A DNA stretch of 59,897 bases, counting the filler. It is 4 parts of 4 records of this genome, joined end to end, with 100 filler letters (N's around TTAATTAATTAA, not from the genome) between each part and the next. Parts side by side here need not be neighbours in the genome. Positions count along the whole stretch, not along the records: positions 18,520 to 32,447 come from SRR31156797_2824; positions 32,548 to 54,167 come from SRR31156797_2826; 2 more parts are not named here. One strand, given 5' to 3'. Both the position numbers and the translations under genes were made by a program. A model generated the notes under the pieces. The model was not told where the DNA came from. It saw nothing but the letters and a program-made list of their open reading frames with translations, and made no database searches. This document shows, piece by piece, positions 29,621 through 40,295 of this stretch. Within the stretch, counting starts at the first letter, position 1. Every line of letters starts with the position of its first letter.

Positions 29621-30833
29621 ATCGCAATACCTCGACAGGCTTGATCGATGATGCTTTTCTTGCCGGAAAGAATGTTGCGATCATTGAAGTGCTTATCCCG
29701 ATCAGAACAATGATGATCATTACATCAAAACTGATATCAATAGGCAATCGATCAATAAAATAAACATCTGCTGAAAGTTTGATCCAGGCAAAACGCATTT
29801 GTCCCCATTCCAGGAATTTTGCAATCAGTATACCGATACCGATACCCATGATAGAGATGCTTAGCCCGTCAATCATAAATTTCTTACGAATACCCGAAGG
29901 TTTCATTCCCATAGATTTCAGAATGGCCGTATCACGTTCTTTGACCAATACGATCATTACGAGCGTTGATATAATATTGACCATTGCAACCAGGGCAATG
30001 ATCCCAAACGTAATGACAATGGGCGCCTTTTGTGTCTGTAACCACTTAAATAACATAATGTTACGTTCACGCCATGTTACAGGGATATAGTGATACTGTG
30101 AAACCTGATTGATCCAATTTGATACATCATCAGCCAAGAGTGGATCTTGTAACAATAATTGATAACCACTGATCATTTTATCACTGTTATTGATCTGTGC
30201 AGCATAGCTCATAGGTGCATAAGCATAATTGGCATCAAATTCTTTCATACCTGTAGAAAAGATACCCGTAACGATGGCATCATAAGATCGAATAGGATTG
30301 AATGGCGATGGTACCCCTTCAACGAACATAGCAGAAACTGTATCACCTACTTGGGCATTCAAATAATCTGCTGCACCTTTGCCGAGATACAAACCGTTCA
30401 GTTCTTCATCCTCTCTAAAATCTACCGTACCGGCAATATCTTTCTTGGCTTTATATAGCATTTCCAGAAAATCAGATTCATTTACACACTCAATGATCAC
30501 ACCTTCGGTCTCGTCACCTTTACGGATCATTGCTTCCAGATCAACATAGGGTGTTACTTTTGTAATATCTTCATTTGAGAGTAATTCATTAACATATTCC
30601 GGATCATACTCAAGTGATCTTTTAAAACTTTCTATTCTGATATGAGCTTCGAACCCGGTGATCTTATCCACAAGATTATTTTCAAAACCGCGTAAAATAC
30701 CCATTGTGATCGTCATCGCGATCGTTCCAATGATCAGGCCAATAATTGCCAGAATACGAATAAACGGTACAAATTGGTCAGAGCGCTTATGAAAAAGCGT
30801 GCGTTCGGACAAATAAAATAAAAATTTAAACAT
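29613..30833 (-). CDS. LolC/E-family permease
   Basis: GILRGF, KERDTAILKSMG, YFIDRLP, PVEVLRYE. Confidence 0.87.
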   Translation of the reverse strand: MFKFLFYLSERTLFHKRSDQFVPFIRILAIIGLIIGTIAMTITMGILRGFENNLVDKITGFEAHIRIESFKRSLEYDPEYVNELLSNEDITKVTPYVDLEAMIRKGDETEGVIIECVNESDFLEMLYKAKKDIAGTVDFREDEELNGLYLGKGAADYLNAQVGDTVSAMFVEGVPSPFNPIRSYDAIVTGIFSTGMKEFDANYAYAPMSYAAQINNSDKMISGYQLLLQDPLLADDVSNWINQVSQYHYIPVTWRERNIMLFKWLQTQKAPIVITFGIIALVAMVNIISTLVMIVLVKERDTAILKSMGMKPSGIRKKFMIDGLSISIMGIGIGILIAKFLEWGQMRFAWIKLSADVYFIDRLPIDISFDVMIIIVLIGISTSMIATFFPARKASSIKPVEVLRYE

Positions 30834-30846
30834 CTAAATTTACTTA

Positions 30847-30876
30847 GCTGTCGGCTGTCAGCTGTCAGCTGTCAGC
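30847..30876. repeat. Tandem 7-mer GCTGTCA, about 4 copies
   Basis: gctgtcg gctgtca gctgtca gctgtca gc. Confidence 0.8.
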
Positions 30877-30902
30877 AATTGAATGGTATATTTATATGAC
30901 CT

Positions 30903-32414
30903 TTATGATAATTTTTCAGATCTCATTGCCGGGAAAAGCAACACGTCTTTAATACTTGTGTGTCCTGTAAAGAGCATAATGGTCCTGTCAAAACCAATAC
31001 CGACCCCACCCGTGGGCGGCATGCCGGTCTCAATGGCTTGAATGAAATCTTCATCAAAGGCCTGAGCTTCATCATCACCTTCCACCCGCAAACGATCCTG
31101 GCCTTCTAAACGTTCCCGTTGATCCAAGGGATCGTTCAATTCGGAGAAAGCATTTGCGTATTCTGACCCGCAAATGAAAAGTTCGAATCGTTCTACAAAA
31201 CGTTCATCTCCATTTCGTTTTATCTTAGCCAAAGGAGAAATAGCTTTGGGATAGTCGATCACAAAGGTAGGTTGTATAAGCTTGGGCTCAATGTATTCAT
31301 CAAATAATTTATCCAGAAATTGCCCATAATTCCATTTCGGATCAAAATCCATATTGTTCTTTTTGCACCAATCCGCAAAATCCTTTTCAGAATACGCCGC
31401 AATATCGATCTTCAGGTGTTCTTCAAAAAGTTCAGCCATGGGCTTGCGTGCAAAAGGTTTTGAAAAATCAATGGACTCACCACGATATTCAACGACCAAG
31501 CTTCCGGTCACGTCTGCGATCGTCTTGAAATATTCCTCTACAAAGTCCATCATGTAGTAATAATCGACATAGGCTTCGTAAAATTCAATAGCTGTGAATT
31601 CGGGATTATGACTTCGATCCATACCCTCATTCCTGAAATTCCGTGAGAATTCATATACTTTGTCAAAACCACCTACGATCAATCTTTTAAGATAAAGCTC
31701 ATCGGCTATTCGCAAATAAAGATCCTGATCAAGACTATTATGATGAGTTACAAAAGGTCGCGCATTGGCACCGCCATAAAGCGGTTGCAAGACAGGAGTT
31801 TCAACTTCAAGGTATCCCCTGCTATCGAAAAACTCTCTGGTAGCCCGCGTAATAGCAGCACGTTTTACAAATGTATCCTTTACTTCGGGATTAACGATCA
31901 GATCAAGGTAGCGTTTACGATAACGCTGTTCTTTATCTGCAAAGGCGTCAAAAACCTCGCCGTCTTTTTCCTTTACAATAGGCAAGGGACGAATATTCTT
32001 TGTAAGAAGGGTCAGGGATGTTGCTTTAACGGTTGTTTCACCTGTGCGGGTTTTCATGACGATCCCTTCAACTCCGATGATATCACCAATATCAAGCAAT
32101 TTGAACATTGCATAAGGCTCTTCGCCAATATCGTTTTTGGAAATATATAGTTGAATGCGACCTTCAGCATCCTGGATATGCGCAAAACTGGCTTTACCCA
32201 TAATTCGCCTATTCATCAACCGTCCGGCAATAGAGACTGTCTTTTCTTCCAGTTCATCAAAATTGTCCAGGATAGTTTGACTTTTATGGCTAACTGTATA
32301 AGAATATGGAAAAGGCTCAAAGCCCATTTCCTTTATCTTTGCTATCTTTTCCTTGCGTTGTTCAAGAATATTTTCGAGTGTTGAGTGTTTTTCCTGTTGT
32401 ACTTGTTCGCTCAT
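30903..32414 (-). CDS. lysS: Lysyl-tRNA synthetase class II
   Basis: OB-fold, RYRKRYLDL, FRNEG..HNPEF, GMPPTGGVGIG. Confidence 0.97.
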   Translation of the reverse strand: MSEQVQQEKHSTLENILEQRKEKIAKIKEMGFEPFPYSYTVSHKSQTILDNFDELEEKTVSIAGRLMNRRIMGKASFAHIQDAEGRIQLYISKNDIGEEPYAMFKLLDIGDIIGVEGIVMKTRTGETTVKATSLTLLTKNIRPLPIVKEKDGEVFDAFADKEQRYRKRYLDLIVNPEVKDTFVKRAAITRATREFFDSRGYLEVETPVLQPLYGGANARPFVTHHNSLDQDLYLRIADELYLKRLIVGGFDKVYEFSRNFRNEGMDRSHNPEFTAIEFYEAYVDYYYMMDFVEEYFKTIADVTGSLVVEYRGESIDFSKPFARKPMAELFEEHLKIDIAAYSEKDFADWCKKNNMDFDPKWNYGQFLDKLFDEYIEPKLIQPTFVIDYPKAISPLAKIKRNGDERFVERFELFICGSEYANAFSELNDPLDQRERLEGQDRLRVEGDDEAQAFDEDFIQAIETGMPPTGGVGIGFDRTIMLFTGHTSIKDVLLFPAMRSEKLS

Positions 32415-32447
32415 GGTTGATTCCTTTCAATATCTAAGTAAGATAAT

Positions 32448-32547
32448 NNNNNNNNNNNNNNNNNNNNNNNNNNNNNNNNNNNNNNNNNNNNTTAATTAAT
32501 TAANNNNNNNNNNNNNNNNNNNNNNNNNNNNNNNNNNNNNNNNNNNN
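32448..32547. other. Artificial contig spacer
   Basis: N run with TTAATTAATTAA. Confidence 0.98.
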
Positions 32548-33046
32548 GATGATACTTCTGGGAAAAAACGGGCTGGTCAATGCCATGCTTGTGGGTATGG
32601 GAATTATCGACGAGCCGGTGCAATTGATTTTCAACACTACCGGCGCGGTCATCGGCATGACCCATATCATGCTGCCTTACATGATATTCCCCCTGTACAG
32701 CGTCATGCGCAATATCGACCCGGCCCTGATGCGGGCGGCTTATAACCTGGGCGCCAAGCCATGGCAGGCCTTTTTCAAGGTGTTTCTGCCTCTCACGCTT
32801 CCGGGGATATATGCCGGAGGGTTGATCGTTTTTGTAATTTCCCTGGGTTTCTTTATTACGCCCGCCCTGATGGGCGGACAAAAAGACATTATGGTCGCGG
32901 TTCTCATCGAACGGCAAGTCATGGAAACCCTGGAATGGGGAATGGCCGCCGGCCTCAGCCTGATCCTGTTAACGGCCACTTTATTGCTGACCCTGATCAT
33001 GAGGCGTTTTTCAAAGGCGGAAGGCTTTCTGGAACAAGGCGGTTGA
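32548..33046 (+). CDS. PotB-like ABC permease (5' truncated)
   Basis: LPYMIFPLY, AAYNLGA, FFITPALMGG. Confidence 0.85.
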
Positions 33047-33047
33047 A

Positions 33048-33851
33048 ATGGAAAAAGAGCACAAGGGCTGGTGGCTGTTATACGCGGCCGGAATACTGAT
33101 AACCATTTACCTGATTCTGCCTTCCTTTATCGTTATTCCGGTGAGTTTCAATGATTCTATTCTATTGAAGTTTCCGCCGGAAAAATATTCTTTCAGATGG
33201 TATCAATCTTTTCTATCCCGTCCCGATTGGACCGGGGCTTTGTGGTTGAGCCTTAAACTCGGCGTCGGGGTGATGATCGTTTCAACTGTTCTGGGCGTGC
33301 TGGCCTCGATAGGACTGGTCCGAGGCAACTTTCCGGGTAAAGGAGTTTTAAGGGCCTTTCTTATATCGCCCATGATCGTGCCGGTGGTGGTCACGGCCCT
33401 GGGCTTTTACTATTTTTACGGAGAACTCAAACTGAGCGGAAACCCCTGGAGCCTGCTGATAAGCCATACCTGCATGGCCATACCCATTGTCATTATTATT
33501 GTCTCCGCGACCCTGGACGGCGTCAGCCCGAACCTGGAACGGGCCGCCCAGAACCTCGGCGCGACGCCCAGACAGGCTTTCACTAAAATAGTCTTGCCGA
33601 TAATTCGCCCCGGTATAATAACCGGGGCGCTTTTCGCCTTTATTCTGAGTTTTGACGAAGTGGTCATCGCCGCCTTTATCGGCGGTTACCGTTCCTCAAC
33701 CCTGCCCAAAAAGATGTTTGAAAACGTCAGGGATGAAATGGATCCCACCGTGGCCGCCATTTCAACCCTGCTGGTTCTGATCAGCGTTGTGCTGCTCGTC
33801 GTGGTCGGCTGGCTCAATAACAGAAGTCGAAAACTTAAATCCAGTCAATAA
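33048..33851 (+). CDS. PotC-like ABC permease
   Basis: SPMIVP, LERAAQNLGA, SFDEVV, TLPKKM. Confidence 0.88.
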   Translation: MEKEHKGWWLLYAAGILITIYLILPSFIVIPVSFNDSILLKFPPEKYSFRWYQSFLSRPDWTGALWLSLKLGVGVMIVSTVLGVLASIGLVRGNFPGKGVLRAFLISPMIVPVVVTALGFYYFYGELKLSGNPWSLLISHTCMAIPIVIIIVSATLDGVSPNLERAAQNLGATPRQAFTKIVLPIIRPGIITGALFAFILSFDEVVIAAFIGGYRSSTLPKKMFENVRDEMDPTVAAISTLLVLISVVLLVVVGWLNNRSRKLKSSQ

Positions 33852-33881
33852 CAATAGTATTCATAAGACGCTTTTTTGCTG

Positions 33882-35102
33882 TCACCCTTCCACATGAATA
33901 TCCAGGGGCGCTTCCGGGCAGGCATCCAAACTATCCACCGCGGTTTGAGCATGGACGGCCGCGCCCACGGGCATAACCGCCTTTTCGTTAAAATCGAATA
34001 GAGAGCTGTGCAGGGGGTGATCATACCCGGCTTCGGCGTTATTGGTCCCCAGCCACCAATACGCGCCCGGAATCCTTTGCTGAAAATAAGATGCGTCCTC
34101 GCCGCCCATGTTGGGATACAAGGTTTCCACTACCCGGTCCTTTCCTATTGCCTGCGCTGCTGCTTCCTTGAATAGATCGACCAGGACCGGATGGTTGTAC
34201 ACGGACGGATAATGAAGGTTCAATTCCAATTCGCACCGGCCGCCAATGGATTCAGCAACTCCCCGGGCGGTTTGCTCCAATATGCCGGCAAGCTCCTGCC
34301 GAGCTTCCGGCCTGAGGCTTCTAATCGACCCGGTCAGGGTTACCATGTCGGGAATTATATTGTCGGCCGTGCCCCCGTTTACGGAAGCAAAGCCCAAAAT
34401 AGTCGGGTCAACGGGATCGATGCGGCGCGACACTATGGTCTGGGCCGCCATGATCACCATACCGGCCATCAACACCGGATCGGTCACGAACTGGGGCCGG
34501 GAAATATGCCCGCCCTTGCCTATCATTTTTAGTATAAAACCGGATCCGGCAATGCTGCAGTAGTCTCTTTTTATATTAACCGTCCCCTCGGGAAAACGGG
34601 GCGCCAGGTGGGACGCAAAAAAATAATCCACGGATGGATTTTCCAGTGCCCCGTCCTTGATCATGGGCAGGGCGCCCCCGGGAGTGGTGTCTTCACTTGG
34701 TTGGAAAATAAATTTAACATTTCCGTTTATAAGCTCTGAATGCCGTGACAGGACTTTGGCCGCTCCCATTAAAATGGCTGTGTTGGCGTCATGACCGCAG
34801 GAGTGGGCGACCCCGGGATTAGCCGATGCATAAGGAACTGTTTTTTTATCTTCCATGGGCAGGGCGTCGATGTCGGCCCTCAAGGCGACCGTCTTTCCGC
34901 TGCTGTTCCCGGATAGTATCCCGATAACGCCTGTCCCGCCTACGTCTGTCTTGACTTCCAGGCCAAGCTCCTTTAGAAAATCCGCAATCACGCCGGCTGT
35001 TCTGAATTCCTTCATCCCAAGCTCGGGATGGTGATGAAAATCTCTTCGCCAGGTCATCATTTCTTCGCTGATATCTTGTGCTTCCTTCAGAAATAAGTTC
35101 AT
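33882..35102 (-). CDS. M20D amidohydrolase
   Basis: RRDFHHHPELG, RADIDALP, HSCGHD, GEDAS, PLHS; start MNLF. Confidence 0.9.
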   Translation of the reverse strand: MNLFLKEAQDISEEMMTWRRDFHHHPELGMKEFRTAGVIADFLKELGLEVKTDVGGTGVIGILSGNSSGKTVALRADIDALPMEDKKTVPYASANPGVAHSCGHDANTAILMGAAKVLSRHSELINGNVKFIFQPSEDTTPGGALPMIKDGALENPSVDYFFASHLAPRFPEGTVNIKRDYCSIAGSGFILKMIGKGGHISRPQFVTDPVLMAGMVIMAAQTIVSRRIDPVDPTILGFASVNGGTADNIIPDMVTLTGSIRSLRPEARQELAGILEQTARGVAESIGGRCELELNLHYPSVYNHPVLVDLFKEAAAQAIGKDRVVETLYPNMGGEDASYFQQRIPGAYWWLGTNNAEAGYDHPLHSSLFDFNEKAVMPVGAAVHAQTAVDSLDACPEAPLDIHVEG

Positions 35103-35110
35103 GCTCGCCT

Positions 35111-35209
35111 TCCTGAGAAACAAAGCTTGGTTCGGCAGCGTGTGGCATCGCAAAAGCTTTGTTAATTCAATATGTGATTTTCACTGTAGATGTAGCTCAA
35201 CTACTCGCT
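35111..35209. repeat. ~100-bp dispersed repeat, copy 1
   Basis: First 25 nt tcctgagaaacaaagcttggttcgg identical to copy 2; both end tagatgtagctcaRctactc. Confidence 0.85.
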
Positions 35210-35661
35210 TGTAAACTCTGATTTTGAAAAATTCGATCCATAAGAATATGATTAGCCTTCAAAATCCTCATGCAATTTCTGATAAAGAGATTGCCTGCTT
35301 TTCTTTACACCTATTATCCGCCCAGAGCAAGCTGCCGGTGCAGTAATAAAGCATAGTTTTAACACAAAAATAAAGCCCTGGAACGAAGATCGTTCTATGG
35401 GTTTTTCTCACTTGCAATTAAAATCCAATGACACCAATTAATTAAAATCTGCAAATAACCATATTTTATAAATAAAACAAATCATTATCCGTCTTGTTCC
35501 CGTGCTCCGCGCAGGGACGCACTGTCTTGGCGGTTCCGCCGCCTCTTAAATAATTGTGCAACAAGCTGCTGAATATTATATTCTGTTTAAATCGGAGACT
35601 GGGAGTAAGAGTCATTTCGCCCGCCGCCGGCCAGGCTTTGTTTATTAGGAGAGGAGTTATC

Positions 35662-36756
35662 ATGCAAATGAAGTCCAAGTTGTTTTCTATTATCTTGATT
35701 TTCCAACTTCTATTAATAAGTTGTTCTCTATCGCCGGCGCCTGTAAGCCAGGAATTATCACTGTCCAACAGCGGTTCGAAGCAAAATCCGGCGCCTGCCT
35801 CTAACAAAGAGCGCGCCAGCATGCCCGGGCCGGAAGAATTTAAAAGAGCCCTTAAAGAGGCTTACCAGGCATACAGGGGAGTAGTAAAAGGCAAGAATGC
35901 GGACTATATACCCTACCTGGCCCAGGTCGACCCCGGTCTTTTCGGCCTGGCCATCGCTACTGCCGACGGAGAAATCTACATGATCGGCGATGCGGATACG
36001 CCTTTTGCCATTGAATCCATTTCAAAGATTTTCACTCTTGCCCGCATACTGCAGGATGAAGGAGCGCAAACCGTAGTCGACAAAATCGGTGTAGACGCCA
36101 CAGGTCTTCCTTTTAATTCAGTTATGGCTATAGAATTACTGAAAACCCGGGCCGGCAATCCCCTGGTCAATGCCGGGGCCATGGCCTCGGTGAGCCTGGT
36201 TCAGGGGGAAACTCCGGCAAAAAAGTGGGAAGCCGTAATCGGCACTATGAACAGTTTCGCAGGGCGCACACTTTCCGTAAACGAAGAGGTGTACAGATCC
36301 GAATCAAAAACCAACACCCACAATCAGGCTATCGCCAGGCTGTTGCAAAGTTACGGCAGGTTCTACGCCGATCCTGTTGCAACCCTGGATATTTACACCC
36401 GACAGTGTTCGGTTGCCGTGACGGCCCGGGACTTGGCCGTCATGGGCTCAACCTTGGCTAATGGCGGACAAAATCCTTTTACCGGGCGCCAATGCGTTGA
36501 TGCGGCTCATATATCCAAAATACTGGCCCTTATGATGACGGCCGGGCTTTATGACGCTAGTGGGAAATGGGTTTTCAATACAGGCCTTCCCGGCAAAAGC
36601 GGAGTCGGCGGAGGCATCCTGGCTGTTGTTCCCGGTAAATATGCCATTGCAGCCTATTCTCCGCCCTTGGATGAGGCCGGAAACAGCGTACGTGCGCAAT
36701 TGGCTATTGAATATTTGTCAAAAAAACTAAAGGCTAATTTATTTTCAGCAGAATGA
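35662..36756 (+). CDS. glsA: Glutaminase A with lipoprotein signal peptide
   Basis: ADYIPYL, ESISK catalytic SxxK, NPLVNAGA, KSGVGGG; N-terminal hydrophobic stretch ending LISC. Confidence 0.92.
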   Translation: MQMKSKLFSIILIFQLLLISCSLSPAPVSQELSLSNSGSKQNPAPASNKERASMPGPEEFKRALKEAYQAYRGVVKGKNADYIPYLAQVDPGLFGLAIATADGEIYMIGDADTPFAIESISKIFTLARILQDEGAQTVVDKIGVDATGLPFNSVMAIELLKTRAGNPLVNAGAMASVSLVQGETPAKKWEAVIGTMNSFAGRTLSVNEEVYRSESKTNTHNQAIARLLQSYGRFYADPVATLDIYTRQCSVAVTARDLAVMGSTLANGGQNPFTGRQCVDAAHISKILALMMTAGLYDASGKWVFNTGLPGKSGVGGGILAVVPGKYAIAAYSPPLDEAGNSVRAQLAIEYLSKKLKANLFSAE

Positions 36757-36934
36757 CACGCCCCGCGACCGGCTGCGGAGGATTAAACCCGCTTCATTAG
36801 GCCTTGGTCGGTCATATTCGGCTTTGCCGAAAGTGACCCGAGTAAAAGAAAAAAATGTTGGAATAAAGGCATAAGGGCGCGGTCCGCCCCTATCTACCTT
36901 ATTAATGACGACGAGCGATTTTCGCCCTTTTTAC

Positions 36935-37034
36935 TCCTGAGAAACAAAGCTTGGTTCGGTTGCGGGCGACACCCCAAGAAGTTTGTTGCTTCGATATGTT
37001 AGCTACACTAATAGATGTAGCTCAGCTACTCACT
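36935..37034. repeat. ~100-bp dispersed repeat, copy 2
   Basis: Direct repeat of 35111-35209. Confidence 0.85.
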
Positions 37035-37752
37035 ATCCTTGAATCGCCTGCATCAGAGCGTCAGCTACAACCCGCGGATTGGCATACAGGGTTTCATGTC
37101 CGCCGTCGACCTCTATTACATTGTATTGACCCAGTCCCTGGGCCATGCCCATATAAGCGCCCGGCGGCAATGATGCATCATCCTTGCAAAATAGAACAGT
37201 TCGCTGAACGGAAAGGGCGTCAAACGCGGCCGTGGATACATTGGTGGTGAACAATGCCAAGGGTTGAGGAATCAGTTGCTTTATCAAACGGTCCTGGACA
37301 TCCGCGGGTTCGCCGGCCATAAGCGCATTTCTAACAAATTCTTCATCCACCGGAACGCAGTTGTCCGGCGACGCCCCGGCGGCCGCTGTCATACCCTCGG
37401 CTACTTCCGGAGGCACCAGGTCGAACTGGGCTTTTCCATCCGGCAGAATAAAAGCATTGTGGAACACTATATGATCAACCTTATCCGCCGCCTTGGGCGC
37501 GGCCGCCTGCATCATAAAGCCGGCGCTGGAATGCCCCGCCAGAACTACCGGTTGGGTCTGCCTTGCCAGGACTTCGACGATTCGGTTGACATAATCGTCA
37601 AATTTAATTTGAGACCGATCTTCACCAGGCCCGTGTCCCGGCATGGTCGGGGCTTCAGCCGTATGTCCGGCCGCCTCCAATGCTTTGATCACGCCGTCCC
37701 ATACCCAGCCGCCGTGCCAGGCCCCGTGAATCAGAACAAAATGCTTACCCAT
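37033..37752 (-). CDS. Alpha/beta hydrolase (SABP2/methylesterase-like)
   Basis: FVLIHGAWHGGW, GHSSAG nucleophile elbow, DD..GGH. Confidence 0.88.
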   Translation of the reverse strand: MGKHFVLIHGAWHGGWVWDGVIKALEAAGHTAEAPTMPGHGPGEDRSQIKFDDYVNRIVEVLARQTQPVVLAGHSSAGFMMQAAAPKAADKVDHIVFHNAFILPDGKAQFDLVPPEVAEGMTAAAGASPDNCVPVDEEFVRNALMAGEPADVQDRLIKQLIPQPLALFTTNVSTAAFDALSVQRTVLFCKDDASLPPGAYMGMAQGLGQYNVIEVDGGHETLYANPRVVADALMQAIQG

Positions 37753-37919
37753 TATGATTCCTCCTTGGAAATATTTACTCCGGTCATGCATCACCGGCGC
37801 TCGACATACATACGTTCAGTGATGAAATACGGTCTACGATGTAGTTTTGGTCATTGTATCAACTTGAAATAACGATTAAAACAAAAAAATACCCGGCCCC
37901 TGTTTTTATTCCAGCCCAA

Positions 37920-37962
37920 TAAAAAACGGCGCGCCGACCTGGAAAAAGGTCGGGTCACGCCG
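37920..37962 (-). terminator. Intrinsic terminator after small ORF
   Basis: Minus strand acggcgtgacccgacc-tttttcca-ggtcggcgcgccgt then ttttt. Confidence 0.7.
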
Positions 37963-38054
37963 TCAACAGAGGAATGAACAGGGTTATGTTATAAACGGAG
38001 CCTTGCAGCAACCTCTAAAGAAGTTGTTGCTTATCCATTACGGGCTGTTGGTTT

Positions 38055-38237
38055 TTAAACCGTCTGCCAGAACTTCAACTTCCTGGCCAGAAAGGACCTG
38101 CCGGCCTTTGGATGCAGCATGGGTTTAATTTCCTGGAGATAATTACCGAAGCGGACGTTAACCTTGCCGTACATTTTCAAATATTCGGCTCTTCCCTTGT
38201 CCGACAAAGCATACCAAACTCGATTGTCTATGATCAT
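38055..38237 (-). CDS. Hypothetical small protein, 60 aa
   Basis: GGAGG RBS before ATG 38237, upstream sigma54 box, downstream terminator. Confidence 0.65.
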   Translation of the reverse strand: MIIDNRVWYALSDKGRAEYLKMYGKVNVRFGNYLQEIKPMLHPKAGRSFLARKLKFWQTV

Positions 38238-38270
38238 GGCGCCCTCCATGAGTATTTGTAATTCTTTATA

Positions 38271-38285
38271 ACAAGTTTGGTGCCA
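38271..38285 (-). promoter_or_regulatory. Putative sigma54 promoter
   Basis: TGGCAC-caaac-TTGT on the minus strand. Confidence 0.6.
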
Positions 38286-38339
38286 CAGTTGTAAGTTGCT
38301 GATAATTAATAGTAAATCGAGAATGGCTTAAAATGAGGT

Positions 38340-38531
38340 CGGAACTCCCGGTTCCGAAAAAGCCAGCTTGTTATTGCGAAAAAAATGTAGCTTTTTAGTA
38401 TATTTATAGTGCAAAGAAAATATTTTGTAATTAATGATGCTAGTTATGAATCGATATCTATAAAAAAGGCCTGATATCGCCGATGAGAACCAACGCGACT
38501 TAAAAATAAAAAAACGGAACTCGCAGTTCCG
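38340..38531. promoter_or_regulatory. Two palindromes CGGAAC-N5-GTTCCG (candidate enhancer sites)
   Basis: cggaactcccggttccg (38340-38356) and cggaactcgcagttccg (38515-38531). Confidence 0.7.
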
Positions 38532-38621
38532 CTAATTAATAAAGAAAATTTCAGAGACAGATTTGGGCTACACTTTAGATTCAATAATTAATAAAAAATA
38601 CTACATAATTTATGGACGGCG

Positions 38622-40034
38622 CTATTTGAAGCTTTCTTTATGCAACCCATACTTGGTCATGAGTTTATGAAGCTGGCGGGTGGAAATCCCGGCATGGCGG
38701 GCAGAATTGTTTATGCTGCCCTTATGTTCGGCCAGGATCTTCCTCAGGTAGTGCGCCTCTATATAATCCACTGCCTTCTGTCTTGTCGCGGCCAATGTCA
38801 GAGATGAATCAAGATAGGGAACCGGGGCGTTGGATTCCTGGCTGCAAAATTCATTGGGCAGGCTTTCCAGTGAAATCCTGTCCGAAGATTCAATAATAAA
38901 CGCCCTTTCGATTATGTTTTCGAGCTCGCGAACATTGCCCGGCCATTCATACCGTACCAGGGCTTCCATGACCTCGGAATGCACCCCTTTAATTTCCTTA
39001 AGATATTCTTTATTAAGCTTTTTCAGGAAAATATCGATCAGCAGGGGTATGTCTTCTTTTCTGTCCGCCAGGGATGGTATTTCAATGGGAAATACTTTCA
39101 GTCTGTAAAAGAGGTCCCGCCGGAACTGACCGTTCAACGACATTTCTTCCAGATTCTCATTCGAAGCCGCTATGATCCTGACATCCGTCTCAATTGTGCC
39201 TTCGCCGCCCACTCTCTGGAATGTTCTGTCCTGCAGAACCTGCAGCATCTTGATCTGCGCGGGTTGAGTAATGGTTCCCACTTCATCCAGAAATATTGTT
39301 CCGCCCATGGCGATTTCAAACTTGCCCGCCTTTTTTCGCACCGCTCCGGTAAAGGCCCCTTTTTCATGCCCGAATAATTCACTTTCGATCAAATTATCAG
39401 GTATGGCCCCGCAATGCACGGCTATGAACTGTTGATCGCTCCTGGCGCTCAGGCTGTGAATCAACTTGGCCAGCAGCGTCTTACCAGTGCCCGTATCCCC
39501 GGTTAACAGAACAGTGCTCTTGGTCGGCGCCACCTTTCGGACTTTTTCATAGACATCCCGCATTAAATCGCTGTTTGTCTTGGCAATTTCAAATGAATCG
39601 GTCAACCAGAAACGATCGCGAAGATAATCAAGCTCCGATTGCATCAAAACGGATTCGTAAAGACTTTGAACGACATACTTGATTTCTTCCATGTCCAGGG
39701 GATAAGTCAGATAATCCCCGGCGCCGGCCTTGACCGCGGCCACAGCCTCCCTTATCCGCTCGGGTGGAGTCATCACAACTATTATCGCACCCGGGAACGT
39801 CTGTCTGAAAGGCCTTAATGCTTCGTTAAATCCGTTGAGTGGATTGGAAGCCTTGTTCACCCGCAAAAGGTCCACGTCTATGAACGTGAACTCATAGCGT
39901 TTCCGGCGAAAACGGTCCAACAACTCCTGCCGGTTTTCAACGGTTTCCACCCTGTAATCGCCGCCGAGGCAGGATTTAATTTGTTGGGTTGCCGCGGGCG
40001 CCCCCGAAGCAACCAGTATGGGTTTTTTATTCAT
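38622..40034 (-). CDS. sigma54-dependent activator (atypical REC - AAA+ - Fis-type HTH)
   Basis: [37 protein letters not shown]-terminal HTH. Confidence 0.92.
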   Translation of the reverse strand: MNKKPILVASGAPAATQQIKSCLGGDYRVETVENRQELLDRFRRKRYEFTFIDVDLLRVNKASNPLNGFNEALRPFRQTFPGAIIVVMTPPERIREAVAAVKAGAGDYLTYPLDMEEIKYVVQSLYESVLMQSELDYLRDRFWLTDSFEIAKTNSDLMRDVYEKVRKVAPTKSTVLLTGDTGTGKTLLAKLIHSLSARSDQQFIAVHCGAIPDNLIESELFGHEKGAFTGAVRKKAGKFEIAMGGTIFLDEVGTITQPAQIKMLQVLQDRTFQRVGGEGTIETDVRIIAASNENLEEMSLNGQFRRDLFYRLKVFPIEIPSLADRKEDIPLLIDIFLKKLNKEYLKEIKGVHSEVMEALVRYEWPGNVRELENIIERAFIIESSDRISLESLPNEFCSQESNAPVPYLDSSLTLAATRQKAVDYIEAHYLRKILAEHKGSINNSARHAGISTRQLHKLMTKYGLHKESFK

Positions 40035-40295
40035 TCAAAGCACCAAAGTCCTGTTATGGCAACTTGATACGATAATTCGAAAAAAATAACAATTGTATTA
40101 TGGCCGCCCCTGGCCCTGAATATCTCATGGCATGTAATATTATGAAATAATTGACGAAATAATGTTCGAGCGGAATGTTTTATAAATTGCTTTCTTTGAT
40201 TTTCTGCATCGCAACAGGAAAATATTTACTAATTAGTAATTTTTTATCGGGGCGAGAAAAGCCTTCGCCCCGTCTTGATCATGTATTCCGGACTA

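Noticed and set aside
37963-38054. Possible riboswitch upstream of the terminator at 37920-37962
   Set aside because: Hairpins are present but match no known aptamer consensus; more simply the 3' UTR of the small ORF
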